From Alphaproteobacteria bacterium (lineage in GTDB: Bacteria; Pseudomonadota; Alphaproteobacteria; SHVZ01), in contig JBGALV010000003.1 of the NCBI GenBank assembly GCA_044223515.1, positions 37,821 to 101,820 on the forward strand: 64,000 nucleotides of DNA. Direction: 5' to 3'. Positions 29,022-39,077 of this stretch are shown in pieces. Made by a program: the position numbers and the translations under genes. Under the pieces are notes generated by a model, which was given only the letters and a program-made list of their open reading frames with translations, made no database searches and was not told where the DNA came from. How positions within the stretch are numbered: position 1 is the first letter of the stretch; the number at the start of each line of letters is the position of its first letter.

Positions 29022-30104
29022 ATGCCATCTGCTGGAAGCCCTCGGCGGCCACTTCGCGTCGCGGTGGCAGGCCTTGGTTTCGGGTACGCTGTACATCTTC
29101 CCGGTTGGCTTGACCAGACAGGGGTCGAGATCGTCGGCGTCGCCTCCCGGCGTCGCGACAAGGCCATCGATGCAGCCGCCCGGCACGGCATCTCCCATGC
29201 AACCGACGACATCGAAGACCTGCTGGCGCTCGAGCCGGACATCGTCTCGATCGCGCTTCCGCCCGATGTCACGGCGCCGGCGGTGCAATCGGCTCTGACG
29301 CGCGGGATCGCGGTCGTGAGCGAGAAGCCGATCGCGGCGACGCTCGCCGAAGCCTCCGTTCTCTCCCGCCTCTCGGTGAACCGGACGACGGCGGTGAATT
29401 TCAGCTTCTCCGAGCTCGACACGTTCCGGACGCTCCGTGCCGGACTGGCGTCAGGAGATCTCGGGGCGCCGGTGCGGGCGAAACTGGCATGGCGAACCGA
29501 GTCCTACGCGCACAAGCACCACATATGGAGCTGGAAGACCGATCGCCGGCGCTTCGGAGGGGTTGTTACCAGCTTTGCCAGTCACGTGGCCCACCTCGCC
29601 GAATGGCTGCTCGGACCCATCGACTCCCTCAAGGCGTCCCTCGATGACTTTCACACGCGGGCCTTCGCGCCCCCGGACGCATTGCCGGCATGGGATCGCG
29701 CGGAGATCCTGCTGCACCATCGGAGCGGCACCACCGTTCGGGTCCTTCTCGACAATGCGGCGCCCGGCGAGGATGTTCACGAATGGACGGTCCTCTGCAC
29801 CGAGGGAAGCTACCGCCTGGTCAAGGAGCGGCCGGGAATCATGACCGGGTTCGCGCTCTATCGTACCCCGACGGGCGGCTCGCCCGAGGTCGTCGCCCGG
29901 GACCAGCACCAGGACAATGCCGGTGGGAGGGCGCTGCCCTTCCGCCGCCTCCTCGACCGTTTCGTCGCCGCGGTCCATGCCGGCGGCCAGTGCGAGCCGA
30001 GCTTTGCACATGGGTGCCGCACCCAGTATCTGATGGCCCAGATCGAGGCCTCTGCCTCCACCATGTCCGTCCGTGAGTGCGATGAGCTCATTCTCCGTAC
30101 CTGA
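29022..30104 (+). CDS. Gfo/Idh/MocA-family NAD(P) oxidoreductase
   Basis: GLGFG Rossmann motif and EKP motif. Confidence 0.85.
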   Translation: MPSAGSPRRPLRVAVAGLGFGYAVHLPGWLDQTGVEIVGVASRRRDKAIDAAARHGISHATDDIEDLLALEPDIVSIALPPDVTAPAVQSALTRGIAVVSEKPIAATLAEASVLSRLSVNRTTAVNFSFSELDTFRTLRAGLASGDLGAPVRAKLAWRTESYAHKHHIWSWKTDRRRFGGVVTSFASHVAHLAEWLLGPIDSLKASLDDFHTRAFAPPDALPAWDRAEILLHHRSGTTVRVLLDNAAPGEDVHEWTVLCTEGSYRLVKERPGIMTGFALYRTPTGGSPEVVARDQHQDNAGGRALPFRRLLDRFVAAVHAGGQCEPSFAHGCRTQYLMAQIEASASTMSVRECDELILRT

Positions 30105-30717
30105 TCAGAGCTACTTTCTCGGGCTCGCCGACTACTCGCGCGGCTTCACCGCGCGTATCGGGCTGGGCAACCATAGCCAGCCACTGGACCACCTGCTGGG
30201 GGATCTCAAGCCGCGCCTGGATCGGATGCGCGATGGCGAGACCGCTCTCGTCGCCGCTATCCCACGACCGACCGCGCTCCGCACGCGAGATGCGTCGCGG
30301 GCTGTCGGGATGAACACGGTCGGCCTGCTCGCGGACCGCCTTACAATTCTCGTCATCAAGGAATGGAATCTTAGGCATCGCAACGCCGATGCCGCCTCAG
30401 CGGACAATCTGGCCCGCACCGAGATACCCGAGATCTGCCGGGCATTGGCCCAGGTGGAGCCGGACCAGCCTCTTTACGTCGGCAAGATCTCTGCGATCCG
30501 CGCCGGCGCCGAAGCCGAGACCTGGGCCCAAGCCTATTTCGGCCTCTTGTCCGCGAACCTCCTCCTCTGGGAGGCCCAGGAGGTCCTCTACCGGCGTGGC
30601 ATCCTGGAATTGCCGGCCGAGGAGATCCGCTCCTACATCCACTGGTTCTCGCTCGGCAACATGCTGAGGAACGAATACATGGCCCTCTGCGAGCGGCTGT
30701 TCTGGCAGCAGCCGTGA
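30082..30717 (+). CDS. Hypothetical protein (DUF4254/DUF6165-like motif)
   Basis: GLLADRLTILVIKEW and NLLLWEAQE...N.LRN motifs; coupled to neighbours on both sides. Confidence 0.65.
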   Translation: MSSFSVPDQSYFLGLADYSRGFTARIGLGNHSQPLDHLLGDLKPRLDRMRDGETALVAAIPRPTALRTRDASRAVGMNTVGLLADRLTILVIKEWNLRHRNADAASADNLARTEIPEICRALAQVEPDQPLYVGKISAIRAGAEAETWAQAYFGLLSANLLLWEAQEVLYRRGILELPAEEIRSYIHWFSLGNMLRNEYMALCERLFWQQP

Positions 30718-32723
30718 GCGTGTCCGACGTCGCGTCCCTTTCCGGCGCGGATGCGGAGAGATCAGAACTCCTTCATCATCTTGCCGTCGAGGCCGGTCTG
30801 GCGGGACACCACGGTCTCGCGTCACGCCTGATCGCCGGCGCCCTCGCGCTCGTGCCGGGCCGCACCGAACTCTGGGCCAACCAGGCGATAGCCGCTCGAT
30901 CCATCGGACAGCCCGACCTGGTTGAGACATACGGGCGCCGCGCGCTGGCCCTCAGCCCCCATCGCGCCGAGATGTGGGCATTGCAGGCCGACCTCGTGAC
31001 CGCGTCCGATCCGAAAGGCGCCCGCCGGGCGTGCCGGATCGCCCTCGCCCTCGATCCTACGGCCGCGGCTACTTGGACGAATCTGGGCCTGCTCGTCCGC
31101 CAGCTCTCCGATCGCCAGCGGGGCCTCGCATACACGCGTCGCGCGCTCGTCGTCGACATCGCCAATGCCGAGAGCTGGAACAACTTCGGCCTCGCGCTCA
31201 CCGATCTCGGCAGGTTCGGCGACGGCAGAGCCGCCTTCGAATTCGGAATCTCGCTCGACTCCAGGCTCGGGTCGCTCCACTCGAACCTGGCACACATCCT
31301 GGTCAGTGGCGGCCAGGTCGAAGAGGGCCTGATCGCCTACCGAAGAGCCATCGCTCTCGAGCCGCAGCGGGCAGAGGCGCTCAATGGTCTTGCCGGCGCG
31401 TTGAAGGACCAGAGCCTGGCGGAACTAGCGACCATGATCGCGCGATGCGCGATGGTCTGCGATCCCGACAGCATCACCGCGGCCAAGACTTACCTGACCT
31501 GCCTCCTGCACCTGCCGGGCCTGACACCGACCCGCTTGTATGCCGAGCATCGGCAGGTCGCCGCCCGCTTCGAAGCGAAGATCCGTCCGCTGGCTCCTCC
31601 TCCCAACGTCAAGGATACGGCCCGGCGCCTGATCGTCGGCTACGTCTCCTCCGATCTCCGCGGTCACCCGGTGGCTCGATACCTGAAGGCCGCCTTCGAG
31701 CACAGGAACAGCGATCGGTTCGGCGTGAATGTCTATTCCGACGTGCGTGCCGAGGACGCGGAAACCGCATGGTACCGATCCAAGAGCGATCTATGGCGGG
31801 ACGTCCAAGGCCTCGACGACACGGCCGTGGCGCAGGTCATCCGCGAGGATCGGGTGGATATCATGGTCGTCCCGGCCTCACACTTCGACGATAACCGGCT
31901 GTTCCTTGCCGCTCATGGCGCGGCGCCCATCCAGCTCTCGGCCTTTGCCGGCACCACGACGGGTGTGCTGCGCGCCACGCACTGGCTGACCGACTGGATG
32001 CTTCATCCGGACAGGACCGAGGAACGCTTCTCCGAAGCGCTCCAGCGCCTACCCATCCTTCATTTCTTCAATCCGCCCGTGTCTGATCCGCCGATCGTGG
32101 AACCGCCCTCGGCGTCCAAGGGGTTCGTCACGTTCGGTTGCTTCGTGAATCCGGCGCGCATCAATGCCGAGGTGATCCGCTCCTGGTCGCGCATCCTCGC
32201 CCGTCTTCCGACAGCGCGGCTGGTGCTCAAGAACCGGACGGCGTTCAAGAACGCGGAGATCCAGGCCCGCTATCGTCGCCAGTTCGAGGCCACAGGAGGA
32301 GATTTCGACCGCGTCCATCTGATGACCTCCGACGACAGCCGCTACGACCATCAGAAGCGCTACAACGACCTCGACATCGTCCTCGACACCTTTCCCTTCA
32401 CCGGGGCCTCGGCCAGCTTCGATGCCCTGTGGATGGGGGTCCCGGTGGTCACCCTGTCGGGGTGGGGCTTCGTTCAGCGGATGACCGAGTCCTTCCACAT
32501 GCCGCTGAAGCTGGAGAGGCTGGTGGCGAGGTCGACCGATCAGTACGAAGAGATCGCCATCTCCCTCGCCAAGGATCAGGAATGGCGATCATCGCTGAGA
32601 CGAGATCTTCGCCGTCGGATCTCAGGCTCTATCCTCTGCGACGGTCCCGCCTACGCGCGCGCGCTCGAAGTCGCCTTCAGAGCCATGTGGACCCGATGGT
32701 GCGAAACGTCGCAGCCCCACTAG
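30714..32723 (+). CDS. TPR + GT41 glycosyltransferase
   Basis: GYVSSDLRGHPV, FGCFVNPARI (Lys replaced by Arg), DALWMGVPV. Confidence 0.9.
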   Translation: MSVSDVASLSGADAERSELLHHLAVEAGLAGHHGLASRLIAGALALVPGRTELWANQAIAARSIGQPDLVETYGRRALALSPHRAEMWALQADLVTASDPKGARRACRIALALDPTAAATWTNLGLLVRQLSDRQRGLAYTRRALVVDIANAESWNNFGLALTDLGRFGDGRAAFEFGISLDSRLGSLHSNLAHILVSGGQVEEGLIAYRRAIALEPQRAEALNGLAGALKDQSLAELATMIARCAMVCDPDSITAAKTYLTCLLHLPGLTPTRLYAEHRQVAARFEAKIRPLAPPPNVKDTARRLIVGYVSSDLRGHPVARYLKAAFEHRNSDRFGVNVYSDVRAEDAETAWYRSKSDLWRDVQGLDDTAVAQVIREDRVDIMVVPASHFDDNRLFLAAHGAAPIQLSAFAGTTTGVLRATHWLTDWMLHPDRTEERFSEALQRLPILHFFNPPVSDPPIVEPPSASKGFVTFGCFVNPARINAEVIRSWSRILARLPTARLVLKNRTAFKNAEIQARYRRQFEATGGDFDRVHLMTSDDSRYDHQKRYNDLDIVLDTFPFTGASASFDALWMGVPVVTLSGWGFVQRMTESFHMPLKLERLVARSTDQYEEIAISLAKDQEWRSSLRRDLRRRISGSILCDGPAYARALEVAFRAMWTRWCETSQPH

Positions 32724-32727
32724 GCGG

Positions 32728-33702
32728 CTAGGACTTGGCGACAACCAGCCTTGCTTGGCCCTGCAGGTAGGACTTGGAGGCAGGAACGGCAGGCAGGGAC
32801 GGGTGGATCGTGAGCCCTCGCGCGGAAACGTCCACCTTGGCACCGTCATAGACCGCCAGCACATCGGGCAGGATCGCCTTTACCCGATAGGCGAAGGCCG
32901 CGGTCGCCTGATAGGCGGCACCGAACTGCTGGGCAAGCACGGCCCACGGAATCTCGACCGATCGCGAGAGCCTGGGAAGCCGGTGCGCGAGCCAGACGTA
33001 GAGATCGAGGCACAGCGGCGATCCCTTGAGATAGGCGATCGCCCGCGGATCGAGCGGGACCGCATGATTGCGAAGGTGATCGTAGAACTGCGGCGTCAGA
33101 ACGACGGCCTTCGGGAAGAAGGTACCCTCGTCGGCCGCCCACAGATGCAACCCGCCCTCGACCAGCTGCTGGTCGTGGATGACGGATTCCTGCGTCTCGG
33201 TGTGGTCCCACTGGAAGGTGAAGGAGCAGCGTGAGATGCGCAGCGCCTGCTCGCGGATCGCCTTGATGCTGCCGCGCTCGCCGCCGGTGACCGGAATGCC
33301 GAGGCTGCGGATCCAGGCCGTCATCGACTTGCCGAGGCTGATCGTGCGCGACTTGATGCCTTCGGTCATCAGGTAGACCAGGATCAGCCGGGCCTTGGCG
33401 CCGTACGGCACGCCGACCACGCGCATCTGGCCGTCGGTGACGATCGCGCCAGGCGTGATGATCAGGTGGAACTTGCCGTTGGAGCGGATCCAGCGGGCCT
33501 CGTCGTTCTCGGGCCGCATGTGCGGCAGGCCGGCAAGGCAGAAGCCGGAATGGAGGTAGGAGATGTCCTCCTCGATCGAGCTCATGATCTCGTGCGCGGC
33601 CTCGAGCCGGCGAAGCTCGCGACGCGGAACGGCCTGGCTTTCGGCTTCCCGGAGAAGTTGCTTGAAGCCCTTGAGCAGGAGCTGGTTGTGAATGTCGGCC
33701 AT
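32728..33702 (-). CDS. repA: Plasmid replication initiator, RepA_C (IncW-like) family
   Basis: YLHSGFC..GLPH, GVPYGAKARLIL, LG...TGG.RG, LDLYVWLAHRL, W..L..QFG motifs. Confidence 0.88.
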   Translation of the reverse strand: MADIHNQLLLKGFKQLLREAESQAVPRRELRRLEAAHEIMSSIEEDISYLHSGFCLAGLPHMRPENDEARWIRSNGKFHLIITPGAIVTDGQMRVVGVPYGAKARLILVYLMTEGIKSRTISLGKSMTAWIRSLGIPVTGGERGSIKAIREQALRISRCSFTFQWDHTETQESVIHDQQLVEGGLHLWAADEGTFFPKAVVLTPQFYDHLRNHAVPLDPRAIAYLKGSPLCLDLYVWLAHRLPRLSRSVEIPWAVLAQQFGAAYQATAAFAYRVKAILPDVLAVYDGAKVDVSARGLTIHPSLPAVPASKSYLQGQARLVVAKS

Positions 33703-33808
33703 GAGGGAATGTCAGTGAATGCGGCTGCACACTAACAGCGGGTTTAGCGCGCGGCCAAGGACGGCGACTGCGGCTGCGACCCTTATCCTCACGATCCTTT
33801 CTATGACG

Positions 33809-34241
33809 CGCTGAATCTCTAAGGATGGCCGCGCGCCTATATCCGAAGTAGAGGAGTCTTATAGAGGTAGAGGCTTAGAGATGCTGCGCGGACGGACGAA
33901 GGTCCGGTTAGCGGTTCTGCGCGGCCAATCGTGTCTTTGAGACCGATCGACGCCCGGGCTCTGCGTGGATGGTTTTGCCCGATAGAGATTCAGCGTGGCA
34001 AGCCGGGGATGGTCCGGATCGCCCCGACGTCGGGATTCCATGCTCGAAGTCGGGGGTATCCATCACAGAATCTACGTGGTCCTGGGCGAACATTCGCATG
34101 ATCGTATGTCTTCTTGCGGCAAATTGGTTCTCGTCCGAACTGGCAACGGTATCGGGATGCGGCCCGGTTGACCTTCTCTACGCTGAATCTCTGATGGCGG
34201 GACTTCCCGCACGAGACCGGCTCATCTCACGCTGAAACTGT
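33809..34241. repeat. Iteron-like CGCTGAATCTCT repeats; putative oriV
   Basis: Exact copies at 33809-33820 (+), 33984-33995 (-) and 34181-34192 (+); two-mismatch copies at 33877-33888 (-) and 34230-34241 (+); TAGAGG three times at 33849-33873; upstream of repA. Confidence 0.7.
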
Positions 34242-34375
34242 GATCGGCTATATCGCGTCCGGGAGCGGCCTTGACAGCGCAGGCGATTGAATGTCCAAGA
34301 CGTTCCGCGCAAGGACATTCGAGCCGCCGGCCCCGTTCGGGGCGTTCCGGCCCTATCGCCCAAGGAGCAGCCGTC

Positions 34376-34708
34376 GTGACGAGCCCTCGTAACATCAAGA
34401 CGATCTTCGCCGACGGCTTCGGCAAGATCTCGGTGGTCAACAACGTCGTGCGCCTTGACCTGGTCGAGGTCGAGCCGGTCGCCGGCAGCGGCAATCAGGA
34501 GCTGCAGGTGGCGCGTCTGATGCTGCCGCTCAACATGATGCCCGGCCTGCTCGCCGATCTGAACCGCCTGGTCAGCCAGGCCGGAGGAGGTCAGGTCGCG
34601 GCAGCTCCGCAAGCCGCGCCGGCACCCCAGCCGGCCCCGGCCGCGAGCTCGGGCATGATCCCGGCCCCGCCGCTCGGCCCGCCCCCCCGTTGGACCCCGA
34701 AGAGCTGA
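34376..34708 (+). CDS. Small hypothetical protein (DUF3467-like beta-beta-beta-alpha pattern, Pro-rich tail)
   Basis: RBS AAGGAG before GTG 34376; IFADGFGKISVVNNVVRLDLV...RLMLP; strongly biased codons. Confidence 0.72.
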   Translation: MTSPRNIKTIFADGFGKISVVNNVVRLDLVEVEPVAGSGNQELQVARLMLPLNMMPGLLADLNRLVSQAGGGQVAAAPQAAPAPQPAPAASSGMIPAPPLGPPPRWTPKS

Positions 34709-34780
34709 TCCAAAGACGCGCCGCGTCCCGTAGCGGCGGAGACGGCCCCAGCCTGTCCTGAGGCCAGACGCCCGGTCACC

Positions 34781-36616
34781 ATGACGACAGCAGCGGCCCG
34801 TCGCATGGTTCCCGTGGCCGAAGTTCCGGCGAGCCCGGAGCGGCTGGAGCAGCTCGCCTTCGTTCTTCACGACAGCGGCGGTCTCGCCGAAGCGGGACGC
34901 TGGTTCCGGCGTTCGCTGGCGATTGCGGCCGATCGGCCGCGTGCCGAGCTCGGCCTTGGCCTTTGCATCTATCGAACCGGAGATCGCATCGGCGCTCGCC
35001 GGCGGTACCGGCGGGCTCTCGCGATCGAGCCCGGTCAGGTCGAAGCCGCCAACAACTGCGGCGTGGCCGAGCTCGAACTCGAGGCCCCCGCCGGCGCCGA
35101 AAGATGGTTCCGCCGGGCGACCTGCCTCCGCCCGACCTGGTTTCCCCCATACGGCAATCTCGTGAACGCCTTGCGTGGCGACGGCCGCCTGAACGCAGCG
35201 ACGCGCGCCAGCCGGCAGGGTCTGGCTCTCGCCCCACAGACGCCGGCCATGCTCAGCAACCTGGCGCAGATCCAGCAGGTCACGCTCGACCACGCCGGCG
35301 CCGAGCTGAGCTTGCAGCGCGCCTTGAGCGTCGCGAGAAATCCGGCCATCCACAGCAACCTCGTCTTCGCCAGGACCTATCGTCCGGGCACTGGCGAGCG
35401 GCAGCTCTTCGCCACGGTGCGCGCCTGGAGCGCGCATTACGCCTCGTTGTCGCCGGTGCCGCGGCGGCCGCTCGACCTCGCCCCCGACCGGCGCCTCAAG
35501 GTCGGTTATCTCTCTTCCGACCTGCGAAGCCACCCGGTCGGGTGGAACCTGATCGGCCTGATCGAGCATCACGACCCGCGCGTCGTCGATATCCACGGCT
35601 ATGCCGTCGGACCGGCATCCGACGCCTTGGCGGGGCGCTTCCGCGCGGCGTTCGCCGGCGGCTGGCGCGAGGTTGGAGGTCTCGACGACAGGACGATCGC
35701 CGAGCGGATCGCCGCCGACGCGATCGACATCCTGGTCGTCGCCGCCGGCCATACCAGCGGCAACCGCCCGGGTGTCGCGAGCCATCGAGCGGCGGCGATC
35801 CAGGCGTCCATGCACGACCTGACGTCGACCGGCCTCGAAACGATGGACTACTGGTTCACCGACGGCGACCACAGCCCGCCGGAAGGTCCGGAGCTGTTCA
35901 CCGAGACCCTGGTCCGGCTGCCGAGCTTCTATCTCCATACCGCTCCTTCGTCGCGCCCCGACCGTCCGCCTCCGGCAAGGGATCGGAGCCCGATCGTCTT
36001 CGGGTCGACCAACAATCCGGCGAAGCTGAGCGAGGACGTCCTCGCCCTCTGGGCGCGGGTCCTCGCTGCCGTGCCCGGCTCCCGCCTTTCCTTTCGCTAC
36101 TTCGACCACTTCGCGCATGAGGACGGGCGGGCGCCCATCAAGGCCTGCCTGGCCCGCTTCGGGATCGCCGCCGACCGCCTGGACTTCGCCCTGGGCCGCC
36201 GCGAACGCGACGACCAGCTCGACCACCTGGCGTCGCTCGACGCGATCCTCGATCCGTTTCCGTTCAACGGCGCGACGACGACCTTCGAAGCTCTGTGGAT
36301 GGGTGTCCCGGTGGTGACCTTGGCCGGCCGCCGGTTTCTCGGCCGTGTGGGCGCGGCGCATCTGCGCCAGGTAGGGCTCGATGAGCTGATTGCCGAGACG
36401 CCCGAGGACTACGTCCGCATCGCGTCTGCGCTGGCCAGCGATCCGGAACGCCGTGCGGCGCTACGCGGCCAGCTTCGCGGACGGCTTCTTGCCTCGAGGC
36501 TCTGCGATCCGGAGCGCTATGCGCGAAGCATCGAGGCCGCATACTGCGCGATGTGGCGGGCGCACTGCGCCGGCGAGCGCTGGAATGGAAAGTTGGTGTC
36601 GGACGGAAGCTTCTGA
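34781..36616 (+). CDS. TPR + GT41 glycosyltransferase
   Basis: GYLSSDLRSHPV, FGSTNNPAKL, DPFPFNGATTTFEALWMGVPV. Confidence 0.9.
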   Translation: MTTAAARRMVPVAEVPASPERLEQLAFVLHDSGGLAEAGRWFRRSLAIAADRPRAELGLGLCIYRTGDRIGARRRYRRALAIEPGQVEAANNCGVAELELEAPAGAERWFRRATCLRPTWFPPYGNLVNALRGDGRLNAATRASRQGLALAPQTPAMLSNLAQIQQVTLDHAGAELSLQRALSVARNPAIHSNLVFARTYRPGTGERQLFATVRAWSAHYASLSPVPRRPLDLAPDRRLKVGYLSSDLRSHPVGWNLIGLIEHHDPRVVDIHGYAVGPASDALAGRFRAAFAGGWREVGGLDDRTIAERIAADAIDILVVAAGHTSGNRPGVASHRAAAIQASMHDLTSTGLETMDYWFTDGDHSPPEGPELFTETLVRLPSFYLHTAPSSRPDRPPPARDRSPIVFGSTNNPAKLSEDVLALWARVLAAVPGSRLSFRYFDHFAHEDGRAPIKACLARFGIAADRLDFALGRRERDDQLDHLASLDAILDPFPFNGATTTFEALWMGVPVVTLAGRRFLGRVGAAHLRQVGLDELIAETPEDYVRIASALASDPERRAALRGQLRGRLLASRLCDPERYARSIEAAYCAMWRAHCAGERWNGKLVSDGSF

Positions 36617-36896
36617 TCGCGCGACACATTGCCGTATCGCAATACCTCGACGATCGTCGCGCTCGCGCTTTGCGACACGCAAATCAACGGAATGTGCAGG
36701 GCGATTGAACCCGGCAGCGGCTCGATCCGACGTAAGGCTGTCGGGGAGCCGTTCTGACATGCCTGCTTCACCGACATCGGCCGAGCGCCGGAATTCCAAG
36801 CCGGCGATGCATCGTTCTAAAGGTGAGGCGTACCAAGGACGCCTCACCTTTATTTCCCGAAAATAGATCCTGGTCCGTAGACGCCCCGACGACAGG

Positions 36897-37970
36897 TCAG
36901 TCGGCCGGTCCGAGGTTGCTGTCGACCATGCCGCTGTCGAGCGGCGTGCCGCGCGAGATGTCGCGCGTGGCGCGACGGCCGAGCACCGCGGGCAGGTGCT
37001 TCGGTGCCATGCCGAAGCCGGGACGTATCGAGCGAACGTTGCGCTCGTCGAAGACGTCGCCCTTGCGGATGTCGGCGACGACGTAGAGCGAACGGCGGAA
37101 CACAGTATTACCGCGCTCGCTGGGCTTGAGATCGTATCCGGGATTGCCGAGTGCAGCGGCAGCGGTTCGCACCGCAGGAACCAATGCCGCGAGCTCGGCG
37201 GGTTCGAGCGAGAAGGCGGAGTCGGGCCCCCCGTCGGCGCGCGCCAGGGTCAGGTGCTTCTCGATCACCACGGCGCCGAGCGCCGCGCCCGCGACCGCGA
37301 CCGCGATGCCGTGGGTGTGGTCTGAAAGGCCGATCGGGCAGTCGAAGCGCCGGGCGAGATCGGGAATGGTCGCGAGGTTGGCTTCCTCCGCCGGAGTCGG
37401 ATAGCCGCTGACGCAATGGAGCAAGGTGAGCGCCTTGCAGCCGACCTCGCGTGCGGCGGCAACCGCGTCCTCGATCTCCGGCATCGTCGCCATGCCGGTC
37501 GAGATGATCATCGGCTTGCCGGTCGCGGCGGCGCGGCGGATCAGCGGCAGGTCGATGATCTCGAAGGAGGCGATCTTGTAGGCGGGCGCCCCCAGTTCCT
37601 CGAGGAAATCGATCGCGGTCGGATCGAACGGGGCGCTGAACACGTGGATGCCGAGTTCGCGGCCCTTGGCGAAGAGATCGCGATGCCATTCCCAGGGCGT
37701 GTGCGCCTCGCCGTAGAGCTCGTACAGCGAACGTCCGTCCCAGAGGCCGCCGGTGATGCGGAACTCGGGCGCGTCGTGGTCGATGGTGATGGTATCGGCC
37801 GTGTAGGTCTGGAGCTTCACGGCGTCGGCGCCGGCCTGCTTCGCCGCCTCCATGATGGCGTAGGCACGCCTGATGTCGCCGTTGTGGTTGCCGGACATCT
37901 CGGCGACGACGTAGGGCGGATGGCCGGGCCCGATCTCGCGGCCGGCGATAGTGATCGACGTGGCAGGCAT
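36897..37970 (-). CDS. pseI: Pseudaminic acid synthase (NeuB family)
   Basis: AEMSGNHNG, KLQTYTADTIT, HTPWEWH, KIASFE, SDHT, DSAFSLEP and C-terminal SAF domain; RBS GAAGGA before ATG 37970. Confidence 0.93.
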   Translation of the reverse strand: MPATSITIAGREIGPGHPPYVVAEMSGNHNGDIRRAYAIMEAAKQAGADAVKLQTYTADTITIDHDAPEFRITGGLWDGRSLYELYGEAHTPWEWHRDLFAKGRELGIHVFSAPFDPTAIDFLEELGAPAYKIASFEIIDLPLIRRAAATGKPMIISTGMATMPEIEDAVAAAREVGCKALTLLHCVSGYPTPAEEANLATIPDLARRFDCPIGLSDHTHGIAVAVAGAALGAVVIEKHLTLARADGGPDSAFSLEPAELAALVPAVRTAAAALGNPGYDLKPSERGNTVFRRSLYVVADIRKGDVFDERNVRSIRPGFGMAPKHLPAVLGRRATRDISRGTPLDSGMVDSNLGPAD

Positions 37971-38042
37971 GGGGTCCTTCTTACCCGATACGGGCATTTC
38001 CGTCATTTGGGGATGGGCGCAGGCCAGGGCCAGGGGTGAATG

Positions 38043-39077
38043 TCAGAGGCGGGCCAGCGCCTCGGCCACCCGTTCGGCTCCCCTTCCGTCGACCAGCACC
38101 CGTCCGGCTTCGGATAGCCGCCGGCGTTCGCCGGCGTCGTCGAGAAGTCCCCGGATCGCCTCGGCGATCTGCGTCGGTTCGATCCGCTCGGCGCGTCCGA
38201 GGTAGTGCCAGAGGCCGTTCCGGGCAAGCGCCTCGGCCGCGGGGACCTGGTTGTCGGCGACAGCTATCCCGAGGACGGGTACGCCCAGCGACAATGCTTC
38301 CCAGACGGTGACGCCGCCGGCGAGGATCGCGAGATCGGCCCATCCGAGCAGCCGCGCCATCGAACTGGGGCTGCGGATCACGTGGACGGGGCTGTCACTG
38401 GCGGCGGCGCGCGTCTTCAGGAACTCGGCCCGGGGGTTCGCCGCTCCGGCGACAAGGATCGTCCGCGAGCCCGACGCCGGCAAAGCCTCGATCGCGGAAA
38501 GGACGAGCGACGCGACATCCTTGGGATCGGTCCCGCCCAGGCTGACGGCGACGCGGTGAATGCGTCCTTCCCCGCGGCGTTCGATCGCCCGTCGTCGCGC
38601 GAACTCGGGACGAAGCAGGGCGTAGCGTGGCCCGAGCAGCAACGCTGCACCCGGATCATGATCAGGATAGAGCGCAGGGGAGGCGCCGTAGTTCTGATTG
38701 ACGAGTACGTCGGCCGTCCAGGGACCGGGACCGCCGGTGTCGTCGATGATCGCGAGCCGCTCGACCTGGCGGCGAAGCGCCGAACGATACGAAAGCGGGG
38801 AGCCGAAGACATCCATGACCACGATCGCGCCGGCCGCCCGGGCCGCCGTCTGTCGCGCGTCTTCGTTCGAATACCGCTCGGCATCGATGACCTCGACGTC
38901 AAAGCCGGCGGAGGCGATCCAGGATTTTGCACTGTCCGAGAGCGGCGACGAGGCGAGGTAGCGGACCTGGCCGCCGCCCTCACGCCAGGCGGCGCTCAAC
39001 GCCAGTGTCCGTCCGACATGTCCGATGCCGATGCTGGGATCGGCGTCTGCGCGGATGACGAGCGTGCCCCGCCTCAC
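38043..39077 (-). CDS. pseG: UDP-2,4-diacetamido-2,4,6-trideoxy-beta-L-altropyranose hydrolase (PseG/SpsG)
   Basis: RADA...IGIGHV.R, GPRYALLRPEF, GGTDP, ADNQ; GTGA-coupled start at 39077. Confidence 0.88.
   Translation of the reverse strand: MRRGTLVIRADADPSIGIGHVGRTLALSAAWREGGGQVRYLASSPLSDSAKSWIASAGFDVEVIDAERYSNEDARQTAARAAGAIVVMDVFGSPLSYRSALRRQVERLAIIDDTGGPGPWTADVLVNQNYGASPALYPDHDPGAALLLGPRYALLRPEFARRRAIERRGEGRIHRVAVSLGGTDPKDVASLVLSAIEALPASGSRTILVAGAANPRAEFLKTRAAASDSPVHVIRSPSSMARLLGWADLAILAGGVTVWEALSLGVPVLGIAVADNQVPAAEALARNGLWHYLGRAERIEPTQIAEAIRGLLDDAGERRRLSEAGRVLVDGRGAERVAEALARL

Noticed and set aside
33809-34241. CRISPR array
   Set aside because: Repeats are 12 bp, in mixed orientation and irregularly spaced, and there are no cas genes.
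34178-36361. 727-aa minus-strand ORF
   Set aside because: Antisense to two well-supported plus-strand genes.
36617-36896. 280-bp gap between convergent genes as a possible ncRNA
   Set aside because: I found no convincing hairpin, repeat or ORF.
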